From Azolla caroliniana (taxonomy: Eukaryota > Plantae > Polypodiophyta), in contig JBHGNT010000011.1 of the NCBI GenBank assembly GCA_043228905.1, positions 14,198,001 through 14,262,000 of the forward strand: a stretch of DNA of 64,000 bases. Direction: 5' to 3'. The notes under the pieces were generated by a model. That model was not told the origin of the DNA. It did not search any database and worked only from the letters and a program-made list of their open reading frames with translations. Positions within the stretch are counted from its first letter, which is position 1, and each line of letters begins with the position of its first letter. The position numbers and the translations under genes are program-made. Below, piece by piece: positions 51,751-64,000 of the stretch.

Positions 51751-52660
51751 ACATCAAAGCATGCAACTTATGTCAGGCCATCAAATCACCTCAAGTGGCT
51801 CAAGGCCTCTTACATCTGATACAAGTTCAAGCTCCATTTGAAATCGTCGGATGGGACATTATGGGCCCCTTTCCCAAGTCACAAGAAGGGAACAAATTCA
51901 TCCTCATCATAACCGAGTACTTGATGCGTTGGGCTGAGACTGTTGCTATCCCAGATGCCAAGGCTATGACCATCGCCTCCAAACTATTGGGGAAAATCAT
52001 CTTCCCCCACGGTTGCCCACTCCAAATCTTGTTTGATCGAGGACCCCAGTTCAACAGCGAGCTCCTACGCCTAGTTTCTACACAATTAGGAATCCAACAA
52101 TTATTCACGTCACCCTACCATCCGCAGACGAATGGATTGATGGAGCACCTCAATCGAACCTTAAAACATCAAATCTCGACCTACATCGATCCACTGCACC
52201 GACCTGGGACCGGATCTTGCCCTTCATTACTGCATGCCTACAACACAACTGTGCAAGCCTCCACCCACATTAGCCCATTTCAGGCCCTTTACGGAAGGGA
52301 CCTGCGCTTACCCCAAAAGTGACAGTCCTGCAACCAATCACACGAAAGATGTGAAATGCTCTCAAGAATAGCTCCCTTTCCATTACGTTCCAAGTTACAT
52401 TTTATAGATTACTCTTAGTGTGGAGGATGTTCTCCCGCACCAATTAGGTCTTCTAATTATGGGGGCTTGGTAGGGGCCTAATTTGGGTGTGGTCCATGTG
52501 ACCGCCACAATATGCATAACGTTTTCATGTTTGATAGAAGACATGTGGTGAAAGCCTATATGAAGAAGTTGATAGGTATTCTTAAGTTGACGGGTTAGAG
52601 CATGTGGGGATCATTTCCTCAGAGGAAATACAATTAATATAATTGCGTGCTTTTACTTGA

Positions 52661-52693
<33 letters not shown>

Positions 52694-53230
52694 CACCAAG
52701 CACCACGATAGGAAATATGCAAATGAACGAATGATTCTTCCTTCCCAATGCCTTCTCCTTACATAGGGCCTTATATGGTTGTTGGGGGGTTAGCTGTTGG
52801 GACTACTTGTTGGGTCTAATAGTTGGGACAAACCATGGGGGCATGCTTGTTGCGACTAGGACTAATTTTTTTGGGAGTCCCACTCAGTTTTGGGATGGTC
52901 TACAGGTTGGGACAAATTGAGGGCACCCCAAATTCCACGATTTGCCTATTAATTTAATTTTCCATGATTGGGCTATATGGGTTTTGTGAACATGGATCCT
53001 ACCATGATAGTATATTAGTTGAAGTTTTGAATCTTGATTCTTCTTACAACCATTGTAGGTTAGTTTCATGAATGGCTAATTAGAAATATGCATTTAGATT
53101 ATTGATTGAAAAGCCATGTTTGAAATTAGTGATTTCCATTTTTATGTGTATCATTTTAATAACATATCTAAGCCTCCTACATGCATTTGGTTCATATCTA
53201 GTGGATGCATAGTCGCTAATCATATCTAGG

Positions 53231-53799
53231 TGTTGAGAAACAGGTCCCTCCGGATGGGATCCGGATGAGAACTGGACGAACCGAATCAAACGGGACGAAG
53301 GGAGGAACCGGACCGGATGGATCCGGAACGAGTCCGATGGGATCCGGTATGAACCAACAAGTAGGAACATATTTGTAAATATTTTTAGACGTGACCGTTG
53401 AGGTCATATTTGTAAATAGCCTGTAAGTTATATGAGTATAAATATAACTAGGGCAAATAGTGTTTTAAGATGTTGTTATTATTGTTTGTTGTATATGTGC
53501 AAACAGATAGAGAGAGTGAGAGACTGATAGAGAAATACAGAAAGCTTTTCTGTTGTAACCACCGGTTGGCGAAGACAGAGCTCGAGGTCGTTGCCTCCGA
53601 GTCTCCCATTGTATCTTTCCTCTCATAGTGATAGTTGGAGTTTGTGGGCTCCCATGGTTTTTTCCCCTTTTAGGGTTTTCCACATTAACATCTTGACTCG
53701 TCTTATTCCTATTTTCTGATTCTTCCATAGAGTGTTTAAGACTCGGTTGTGGCCAAGCACTATTCCACGCACTAGGCATACCTCATTCCCAAATCTACA
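53231..53799 (+). mobile_element. Probable solo LTR related to the LTR at 1-639
   Basis: TGTTGAGAAACAGG start, CCGGAT repeats, TATAAATA at about 53438, GGTTTTTCCCC...GGGTTTTCCAC motif common in copia LTRs, ..CTACA end. No TSD match seen. Confidence 0.5.
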
Positions 53800-55422
53800 A
53801 TGACCCCTTCCCTTTTACCGGTATAGTTTTCCCATACATCCCATTGTGAGTAAAACCTAGATATCTATTACGAGAATTGATATGAAGTGGACGAGGGACC
53901 ATCACATCAATCACAGAAATTAAGAAGCACTTACGAAACCTTATAGAAAGGTGAGGAGAGGAGATGAGGACAAAGACGTTAGCCATGAAGACATGGCAAT
54001 TTGTAGAAAAAACTTTCGTACCATAAGGAGAGAGTAGACATCAAAGCCATGCGCACTAAGTAGTAAGGAATGGTGTTGTAGCCTTTATAAAGTTGTCAGT
54101 CTAATCATTTTGTCATGTATGTAGAATTTCTACTAATGAAGAATATGTTTTTGGAAAAAAGAAAAAGAAAAAAAAAGGAATGGTGTTGCAATGGTATCCA
54201 TTGTCAAGCTTTGCTTTGTTCAATGATTGAGAGAAGGGTGAGACATCCCTCTACCAAAGCTTTAGTGGGTGAAGGTCCGAGAGAGTTGTACGTGGTTTGA
54301 TGATAAGGAGGAAGTTGTGTCGGGATGCATCTAGCTTAAACCTCAAATATTGGGTCACCTTTTGAGTGGCAACCAAGCCATAGGCACATCCTTACCTCGG
54401 AACAATGACTTGATCTTGTCTATTCTACCCCATTTCCAAGCAATAGACCAATGTTAACATGTTGAGAGAGTGTGATATCATAATCAAACCCATGTAGATG
54501 GCACAAAATGATCACACATTATTTCATTTACTATTCATTGTATATTGATGTATAATGGAACACACATGAGCGTGACAATGTAACAATATCCTTTTATACT
54601 TCATAACCAAGTCAAGGTTCTGGGTCAAATTATTCATGTTCTTAGTTAAGAGATTTCACACATCGACCAAAACTTCTCTCCTACAATGCCATTCAATTTC
54701 CACAACCCAAGTGTTAAAACTGAGTTTACATTTCAATGTATTCATTAATTCCTAAAACATGTTTACAATGTTGCCTTGTAAACGAACATTTCCCAGGTAC
54801 AAAGTTAGTATAATGGATCTTACCACATATATCAAATTAGACAAGCCTACAGTTTCTAACGCACACAAGGACAATACGTGGTCAAAGCTGAAATCCCTGG
54901 TAAATACAATAAATGGAAATGTGTGACCCTCTATTCATAGGTGGCTTAAAATGTGAACAAGCAAAACCATAAACTTGACAACTTTCTGACGCAAATTTGC
55001 TGCACTTATGTGAGTTTAAAATACCATTAATATTTAGTAATCGAAGCATTTTACCATACACTTTCAAATTTTCAAATTTTATGTACATGTCTTTTCACTT
55101 GAAAGGTAGTTGTAGAGAGATTCTTTAAGTGATTCAAAACTTTTTCCCTTTGGGGTTGCTTACCTTTCAATATTTAAACTCATTAAGCAGATAACCTCTC
55201 ATATCTTGGGAGCAACATCGCACCTTAAAACCACCTTCCTCATCATAGTTGTGGTCATAGCAACACACTATCATCCAAGTTGTGTTAGTAATCCTCCATT
55301 TGTTTATGCCAAGGATAATGCTACATAATTTTGACCCAAATTTAAAGATATTTTCATCACATCAAGCATAATCTCAAAATATACCCAAAATGCTAACATC
55401 GTTGTCGCATAACTGGTGTGCA

Positions 55423-55440
55423 GGGGGGGGGGGGGGGGGG
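55423..55440. repeat. G18 homopolymer
   Basis: Run of 18 G seen directly. Confidence 0.9.
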
Positions 55441-58234
55441 TTCATCTCATAAAAGTACTTTGTTTTACTTAAAAACTTTGCTACTATTCAATACAAGCTT
55501 AATATTCCTCAAAATTTGAAACAACATTATTTAACAAATGTTTTGAGACGAAACAACATTATTGTTTCATATTAGATATGTCGTCAATGATCTCTCAACC
55601 AATTGTGCAACACTTGACAAAGCTTCCTTCTCAAAGACAAGTTTTCCCTGTAGGAAAATTGTAATTGGCAGGCCTAAACTTCTAACCAACGAGCATTGTT
55701 TGTGTCAAACATTATTCACCATCCAAATAATGTTTATGTTATGTGGAGGATGTTTGGAAAAGCAAATAATCACAAAGAAAATTGTTCTAGGGCGATCATA
55801 TGACATTTGTGGCACAAAGGGAGACATCACACCCCATCTCTTGTGACTTTTAATAAGTCTCGAAGATGTCCTATAACAAACCAACATATATAAAATTTGC
55901 TTCCCTTTGTAAATATGTATATCCATAAACTTAACCAACATTTCCACGCCATAATGATGAGGGCTAAACATTATAATCTATTTGTTAGTTGCGATCAATT
56001 AATTTGTCACACTATTTTGAAGCATTGACGAGAAATCCTAAGCTACCTACAATTAATGTATATATAGGTCCGTGTGTGTGTGTATGGTGACATTGGTGGT
56101 TGCATCAGCATGAACTTGGAGTAGGCTTACTACCGCAATTAATGTTTCATAAACCTCAACTAATCTCATGGAATGGAATGGAAACATGGTGCTATTTATA
56201 TTCATATCTTTCATGGACATTACTTTTGGACATATGAGTACACAAAGGTCAATTTTGGTATGAAGATTTATTAGTCTTGTCTTTGTCTTTGGGTATATAC
56301 ATAATTAGATATTGTTGAGAGCTTAGCTACTAGCATGCATGTATAATTCCTTGGTGATGGGAAATAATGTATGTTAAGAGAAAAACAAGCAATTCCTAAT
56401 TATGCATTAACCATGAACCTTGCAGAATCCAAATCAATACGAAATCATAAAGAATTGGTGTACATTAAATTTGATCGAATCGGGAATGAACTTGTGGGCA
56501 CAAAAAAAATCAAGAGCAAGAAGGAGAAAAATCAATACACATGAGATGCCAACAACGATGGGTGAGTAGTACGCACTGTTTTTTTGAGCGATTGCAAGTC
56601 GGTTTTCAATGCTAGTCTTCGAAGAAACACGAGAGGAAGAGGAGGGGGAATGCGATGTGTGTGAGTGCGTATGGATGCTATGGAATCAACCAATGCTTTA
56701 CATCTTCCTCTACAGACACAAGGAGGGGGGGGGTTGGGGAGGATGGTCATCATCGAGGTATTATTTTTGTGTAAGGTTTAAAAGCCAAAGAGAAGTTACT
56801 AAACTAGGAGAATCTGATGATGATGATGGTGTGTGTGTGTGTGAGGAAACGAATGGGTAAGATGGAGAGTCTCTCTCTTTCTCTACACACACACATGCCA
56901 CACACTTCAGCTCACACACTACTTCTAGCAGCGGTAGTAGTAGTTACTTACCGATATATGTAATGTATTCTTTTTGGGAGTGTTAGTTTCTAGATCCAGA
57001 GAGAGAGAGAGAGAAGCGTTTGGGCGGACAAATGGCATCCCATCCCATCCGCATCCCATCCCATGGGCCATGAGAGAGAAGAGAGAAGAGAGAAGAGGAG
57101 CAGTTGACGGTTCTCCAAAACAAAAACCGTTATTTGCTTCCCTGCCACGTGTCCACCTCCCAACCCATCCTCGCGATCCATGAATGATATATATATATAT
57201 ATAAATAATTGGGATGGCCATGAGCCCATCGCCACACATCGCATTGCCTACATAATACCATGGGCCATGCACACAGTTGATATAATACACATACATACAT
57301 ACATACATACGAAAAAGAAGCATATAACTCACAGGCATCCATCCATCCCGCCTTTGCACAACGCATGGATTGATGGATATCTATCATGCATGTGTCCGTT
57401 TTATGTATGTATGTATGTATATGTGATGTACGTAGGGCTATCCGACACATGCATGCATGAAGCTTTACCATACATAGCATACATATACATATGACAACGA
57501 AAAATAACGAGACTGTTGGGGCCCCCCGTTTTTTGGTTGTTTTTTTTTTTCTTCGGGGAGTTATTTTTTTTAACTCATTTTGTTGTTTTTTCTTCTTCTT
57601 TTGTTGGGCAGGGGGAAGAAGAGAGTTTTTTTAGTTTGTTTTTATTTTTATTATTTCTGAATAAAGCAGGATATTATTATTTTCTGGGATCGGAAAATGT
57701 AAAACAATTACCGGCACACAATATAATTTGAATCCCCCCCTCCCCAAAAAATAAATGAACAGAAACAAAAAAAAAGAAGCTACCGAGATAAATAACAATA
57801 ATAATAATTAGAAGGAAGAACACTTAATTCTTTTAAACCAGATAATTAAGTATGTACCCAACTAATTAATCAAGTAAGTAATTTGGATTAATCTGTCTGT
57901 TTTCATCTCAATGTTTCTTTTGTTTGCTTTTTCGTTTTTGCTCATTTATCTGAAACTCGGCCGGCAATTTCAAATTCTCCGAAATTCTTCTTCTTCATCT
58001 TACTTTATTTGCTGAAAAAAAACAAATAGCAAATAATAATAGTTACAAAAAAAAGCGAGAACAAAAAATAAATAAAAATGGCCCTGCACATTGTACGTAT
58101 ACGAATACATATACATACGTATATATGGTGCCATATGTACACGTATACGAATATATGTACATAACATGTTAGAGTAACACAGTAACACATACATAGATAC
58201 ATACACACACGTATACATACAAATACATACATAT

Positions 58235-58277
<43 letters not shown>

Positions 58278-58562
58278 CTCTCTCTCCCAACCCGATTATA
58301 ATAATTAAAAGAAAGCAGTCTCAGAAGAATTCGAATTCATTCAGTGAGCAGCAGAAGCCATCTCCTCCATTCTTCTTCTTCTTCTTCTGTTTCCTCTGTT
58401 TCCTCTGTTTCTTCTGTTTCTGCTTCTTCTGTTTCTTCTGTTTCTGCTTCTTCCTCCATTTTACCTCCTCATCCATCTCTCTGTCTCTCATGCTCCTCCA
58501 CTGGCCTACCTCTTGCTGTTGCCCTAATTACCCCCACCCCACACTCATCTCATCGCCTGGCT

Positions 58563-61500
58563 ATGGAGGTCATCATCAACAACACCAATCGCATGATCAG
58601 CAGTAACAGCAGCGGCAGTATGGTCAATCCCGTGGCGGCAGCGGCAGCGACACAGTCATCTCGCAAGCGCCGGCGCAACGACAGCATTGAAACGGAGAAC
58701 CATTACACAGGCTGCACGATCGCAGATACCTCGTCTTCTTCGACGGGATCGGGCGGAAAAGACTGCGTTAAGCAGAGGATCAATGGCGGCGGCGGAGGAG
58801 GCGATAGTGAGGCGGCAATGACGGCGGCGCCAGTGTTCAATCTGCATACATTCGGGGACCCGGGGTGCCCAGGAAGCTACGACGCCGCCTTCCGTGACAA
58901 TATCCGCCTCTTCCTCTGCGGCGCCGCCGCCAGGGAGGCTGCGGACGTGGAAGGCCGCCCCGCCTGGAGCATCTCCCTCCGCCCAGATCCATCCCCCCTC
59001 CACATACACACAAACCCTAACCCTAACCCTAACCCTAATCCCTATAATCCCCCCACACTGCGCCTATTCATCGTAGAGGAGGACATCCAGACGTCCCGAC
59101 ACCCTCACTGCGACCACTGCCGCTGCATCGGTAACTAAAGCCCACCCATCCCATTCGATCTCGCTTAGTTTCTTGATGAAAAAATAATAATTTGGATCCA
59201 TAAATTTAACATGGAAATTAGGGTCGTAATTTTAATTCAGATTCGGTATGGTTTCAAAAAACATTAAAATTGTCTTGTAATTTCGATTGAACTCCATTAC
59301 TGTGGGATCATGATGACTTGACTTAATAGGATGGAGCCACCATTTGATCTCGAATCGTCGATATCACTTCATAATCCCTGCACCTGAGATCGGCGATCGG
59401 CCGCTTGGATTAGCCACAGCCAATACAAATGACGAGCAAGATCACGATCAATCATCTCCATCATCAACAATTACGACCACAAATATAACGGCTCATGACT
59501 TGTGCGGTAAGGTTTGCCCTAATTGCCACGACCCCGTTGCGCAGATGGCCTCGACATGCTCCCTCTGTAACGTGGCAGCCGTGTCTGGGAGTATACTCGA
59601 CCTCCATACCCATCTTCTCCACGGGGTTCTCCATTGCAATGGATTCGGCCATCTCCTGTGTGTGAACGGGAGAGAGAAAGGGTCGGTTCTTGCATCCGGC
59701 CGCGAGCTAGTCGACCTCTGGGATCGCATATGTGCCATGCTCCGTGCGAGGTGCATTTGATTGATTCTCACTCCCCACCGTATCTTTGATCAATTTCCTG
59801 ATATATAATTAACCTTCATTCAATCCTAAGTGCATATTGGCTTTAACCTGATATATAATTAATTTGTCCAATTTCCTGATATGTATATAATTAAAACCTT
59901 CATTCAATCCAATTGTAAGTTTTAACACTTAATATCCCTTGCATATTGGCTTTTTAATTCATGTCTTAGGAAGGTGAGCGTGGAGGACATGGCGAAGAAG
60001 AAATCGCTCGAGTTGAGGCTCCTCCATTGTGTTGCGTATGGCCAGTCATGGTTCGGCCGCTGGGGATACAAATTCGGCCATGGAAGCTTCGGGATCACCC
60101 ACCAGATGTATATGAAAGCCATCGAGGCGATCCGAGGGATGCCGTTGAGCGTGATGATCCAGCACTTCAATGGTGTCGATGCCGACGTGGTGTCGATCGT
60201 GTGGAGGTATCAAGGGATTGCTCTCGGGACGGGGATCCTACAGGAGATGCAGACGGTCGGTGATTTGTTCCGGTTCATGATTGAGCTGAAGGCGAGATTA
60301 CCAGTATTGAAGTCCGATAATGGCTGTATCAATAATCAGATTAGCAGCAACAATAATGATAATGGATTGGGCAGCAACAACATCTTCCCCAAGGACAAGA
60401 GAAACAACAATAGAATCGCGCCGGATCATGTAATTCAAGAGAAGAAATGTGTGGCTGGTGGTACGATTTCAGCACGCGGTACGGGTACGGGTACCGGCAC
60501 CAATGGTGGCGGCGGCACGATGATACCGGGTGAGATGCCGTGCAGATGGTCGGCCAAGAGGCTCGAGCTCGCGACCCAAGTGATCGTGGAGGCCTTGAAG
60601 GGCTGCGAGAAGAAGTGGATGCCGAGGCAAGACGTGCGGGATGCGGCTCGGGTCTACATCGGAGACACCGGGCTGCTCGACTTCGTGCTCAAGTCGCTCG
60701 GGAACAAGCTCGTCCCGGGGGGCTACATCGTGCGCCGAGCCGTCAACCCGCTCACCAAGGTGCTCGAGTACAGCCTTGAAGATGTGCGCACAGACAACAG
60801 TGCCGACCACGCCGTGTACGTGGGTGGTGCCCATTTGGGCCTCTCGGACGATGCTACACTGCGGAAGGGCGGTGCCAGCACCACCACAAGCCACAACCAG
60901 GACATATGTAAAGCTTCATGCCCTGCCGAAGCCGTTGGGAAGTCGGACGTGGCTAGAGACATTGTCTATCTATACAAGAACGTCCTGGAGAGCTACAAGC
61001 CCGCGAAGCACGCGCAGCAGGGCACCGCGAAGACGGTGCTGAGTGCGATCCCGACCGCCACCCGGATCATCCTCGATACGAAGCAGATGATGAAGGATTA
61101 CCGCGGGGAGGTCACGAGGAAGTGTTGCACGGCTGGCGGCGGGGCGGTCGACGCGATTTGGGGGGCCATGGAAGACGACGAAATGCTGAGGGTAATGTGC
61201 ACTTTGGAATTGGAGGAGGATATGCTATTGCTGGCTATGGAGGAGGAGGAGGAAGAGGAAGAAGAAGAAGAAGAAGAAGAAGAGGGAGAGGAAGTGAAGT
61301 CAAGCCAAGTGAATGGAGTGATAAGTAGCTTAATGCAAGGTGATGAAGAGCTTCGGTGTGGCATATTAAGTGGCGGTCTGGGCAATGAAACATATCGGCG
61401 AGGGAAACCAGAATTAGGAGATGATCATGAGATTCAATGTGGACTTGTGGAAGAGAAAGAGAGCCTAGACAAACTAGAGCTGATGTTTGATGAGGTCTTC

Positions 61501-62277
61501 GAGGTGCTTAACCTTACCCCCACCATCCATGCTATTGACTCGGCGTCGATCACGAGCCATACCAACAATAACAGCATGACCACCACTGATCTGGGTATCG
61601 GCATCAAGCCCACCAATGCTATCATCGGTAGTAGCACCGGTAGCTCACTTTGTAGGCGACGGTTCGCACGGAGGCGGCGTGCACCGCCACCCCCCGAGCT
61701 CGTGGTTCTCCCACCCCACGCAACGGTCGGGGAGTTGAAGAGAGAGGCGGAGAGAGCTTTCCGTGATACCTACTTCGTTCTCCGCGGCTTCACACTCGAC
61801 TCCATCCCGACGCTCACAGGTGTCGACGATGACGACCTCCTCTTCGGGAACATCGAGTCGGGTTCACACGTGGTCGTCCGCGGGCGATACATCAACACTA
61901 TGATGGCGACAACAACACCAAACCTGACAATGCCGGCCGGCCATGACATTATCCACAGCCTTATGGATGATGTCAATGCATTTAATGATGGTGTGGATGC
62001 AATTAATAATGATGGCGTCATCATGGGGTGCCATGGCCCGCTCGATGATGTGATGATGCATGAGATGAGGTTTGAAGGCGGGAGTGATAGTTGGGTCGTC
62101 GAGTGTCCTTGTGGCGCGAGGGATGATGATGGCGAGAGGATGATTGCTTGCGATGTTTGCGAGGTCTGGCAACACACGAGGTGCGCCAACATCGCTGACT
62201 CGGATCCCGTCCCTCAACGATTCCTCTGTAACAATTGCTCCATGGGTTTCTTCAAATCCATGGATGCTTTGAAGTAA
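58563..62277 (+). CDS. MMD1: PHD-finger protein of the MALE STERILITY 1 / MALE MEIOCYTE DEATH 1 (MS1/MMD1) family, about 1098 aa, 3 exons
   Basis: Exons 58563-59130, 59330-59750, 59970-62277; GT-AG; 3297 nt, in frame. TFGDPGCP...FRDNIRLFL, HCDHCRCIGWSHH..SNRRYHFIIP, THLLHGVLHCNGFGHLLCVNG, DLWDRIC, LRLLH.VAYG.SWFGRWGYKF..GSFG, RWS.KRL, RQDVRDAAR.YIGDTGLLDFVLKSL, PPPELVVLP, and PHD VECPCGARDDDGERMIACDVCEVWQHTRC...FLCNNC. Orthology to MS1 versus MMD1 is not resolvable by eye, and the start codon is uncertain. Confidence 0.92.
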
Positions 62278-62337
62278 AATATCTAGGACCTTACTCAAAC
62301 TTGTAGACTCTAGAGCATTGAAAAAGAGATATGAATC

Positions 62338-62596
62338 TGTGGTTGGTTGTTATATTTCTTCATACAAGTAATTGATCATTGGCATAATTTCATCGTTGTA
62401 TTACTAGATTGATCCCAAATCAATGTTGTAAGAAACCAACTAACCCTAGACTAAACCTTAATCTCTCCACTTGTATCATGTGGTTGGTGTTATATTTCTT
62501 CATACAAGTAACTCATCATTGGAATAATTTCATCATTGTATCACTAGATTGATCCCAAATCAAATGTTCTAAGTAACCAACCCTACTAAACCTTAG
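62338..62596. repeat. ~140-bp tandem duplication downstream of the PHD gene stop
   Basis: TGTGGTTGGT.GTTATATTTCTTCATACAAGTAA...ACTAGATTGATCCCAAATCAA...ACTAAACCTTA x2. Confidence 0.85.
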
Positions 62597-64000
62597 TGTC
62601 TACGGTAGTATCATACTACATTTAAGTCCATATAGATAGATGATTGTTCATTTCTCCTTTAACTAGACATTGGGTGTCTTGGGTAAACTCGGAATGCTAA
62701 TATGACATTTGCTAAGAAGTTTTGCTTTTTTAACTCCCTTAATGAGCTTACCACAAGTGGTAAACTTTTAGTCACATCTCTTAAATTACATGCCACATTG
62801 GTGCATCAAACTAATGATGTCACCATCTTTAAATCATCAATACATACACACGTGATAATTTTACTTACACCAAATGACTAGCTTGTTTGTATAAAGTTTT
62901 CATTGATAACCCTTTGTAAAAAGAAGAGTAAGGGTATATTTGGTGAAGGCTTTTTCTTATGACACTTCAGAGTATACCTCTCTAGTTTGAGGTAAACTCA
63001 AGAGTAAGTTGCAACCCTTCAAACTAGGGATTTCCAAATATACCCCCTCACATAACATGCATCATCAAGTTTTGTTTTTTTTCCAAAATAATGCATCATC
63101 AAGTCTTAAAAGCCCATGTTAATTTTATACATCCATCAATGCCTTTATATCCATAGGATTCTGTAATGTTTGAAACAATTATTTAATTTACCAAGTACAT
63201 GGTCCAACGTCAATACTACTAGTTGTTGAATGATGTCTTCCTTTATCTTTTATTAGTATTTGATAAGCTCACACAATTGTTGTAACACTATTGGGAATGA
63301 TCATATGTCAATTCACTTTTTTCAACACACTTTATTAATTGCATCCCTTCATAGTATTAGGTTCTATATTTTCTTAAATTAGGTGTATGGTTGATAGACT
63401 ATAATAACATTTTGACAAGCATAATCTTCCTTAACATGGTCATCTATTGATCAAAATGAAGTTGCCCTAAACAAGCTAATTGTACTTGTTATCAGGTTCA
63501 ATCGTATTTAGGTTGGGTCAAACTAGTATTGAAATATATATATCAATTAGGTTTGGGTCAAACTAGTATTCAATTATATATATCAATTAGGTTGGGTCAA
63601 ACTAATTCTTTTGTATTTGGCATTGTCCTCAATATTAATGTTCGATGAAGTTTTTGTATTGGTTTCATTGGGTTAGATTATTCTTCATTTGTAAGCGTTA
63701 GGTAATATCTAGAGTGCAATGGTTTGCCTTAGTTAAGCTAGTCTTATGGTTATGTAAATATTTCTTTCTCTTTATTGACATCTCTCTCAAATTTGGCCTT
63801 AGAAGACGTTAATATATCTTTCTTTCTCACCAACATCAATATTATTAGGAAAGAAAACTTTAAAGAACCCTTGAGTTATTTCCCTAAGGTTTTCGTTATT
63901 TCCCTAAAATGCCTTGTGGCAACACCCAAAATCAATTGTTGAAAGATAACAAATACTCGAGAGAAAGAGGCATAAATTGACAATTTAATTTTTTAAGTTA

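Larger units (their letters stand above)
40393..52509 (+). mobile_element. Ty3/gypsy retrotransposon (degenerate, host of two nested elements) bounded by inverted 160-bp LTR copies
   Basis: Left LTR 40393-40552 (TG..CA), then TCT and PBS TGGTGGAG. Gag about 40610-41565 (MDID, CFYCNNYGHIRRHC); protease LLDSG about 41800; RT 42300-42900 (RFCVDFRQLN, DRYPLPRIDDLL, LDLASGYW, MPFGL, YLDNIL); RNase H (LQTDASNVGLG, ELLAIV). Integrase HHCC is split at YI|KAC by an insertion (48660-48824, 51756-52322), with core WDIMGPF...FDRGPQF...YHPQTNGLME. Bases 52350-52509 are the reverse complement of the left LTR. Confidence 0.85.

Noticed and set aside
40393-52509. DIRS/tyrosine-recombinase element, suggested by the inverted termini
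   Set aside because: The region encodes an aspartic protease motif and an HHCC/DDE integrase, and has TG..CA ends and a PBS. No tyrosine recombinase was recognised.
53800-56050. Possible very old LINE or DNA transposon remnants
   Set aside because: Too degenerate for a motif-based call.
58344-58562. Ser-rich N-terminus of ORF 58344-59138
   Set aside because: It starts at GTG and is a CT-rich leader. The first ATG is at 58563.

Overview
Land-plant nuclear DNA, most likely a fern or other seed-free plant. That assignment is an inference from protein divergence, short GT-AG introns, GC-rich exons in AT-rich intergenic DNA and abundant (GA)n/(CA)n tracts. I assembled six intron-containing genes by hand, each giving a full reading frame: a group I GH3 acyl-acid amido synthetase (-), a divergent RH25/26/31-type DEAD-box helicase (-) head-to-head with COQ10 (+), a FANCF-like gene (+) convergent with a p23-2-type HSP90 co-chaperone (-), and an MS1/MMD1-family PHD-finger gene (+). 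The rest is mostly retroelement debris: an internally deleted copia with LTRs and TSD (5214-8247), LINE remnants, solo-LTR-like pieces and a nested LTR cluster (about 37-52.5 kb). The most unusual structure is a Ty3/gypsy-type region with a DDE integrase, bounded by two 160-bp LTR copies in INVERTED orientation (40393-40552 and 52350-52509) with ATAT on both outer flanks. It hosts a copia lacking its 5' LTR and a non-autonomous LTR element carrying an in-frame gag/coiled-coil fusion. I saw no rRNA, tRNA or CRISPR loci and cannot claim a proven new biological system. All homology calls come from motif recognition, not from database searches.
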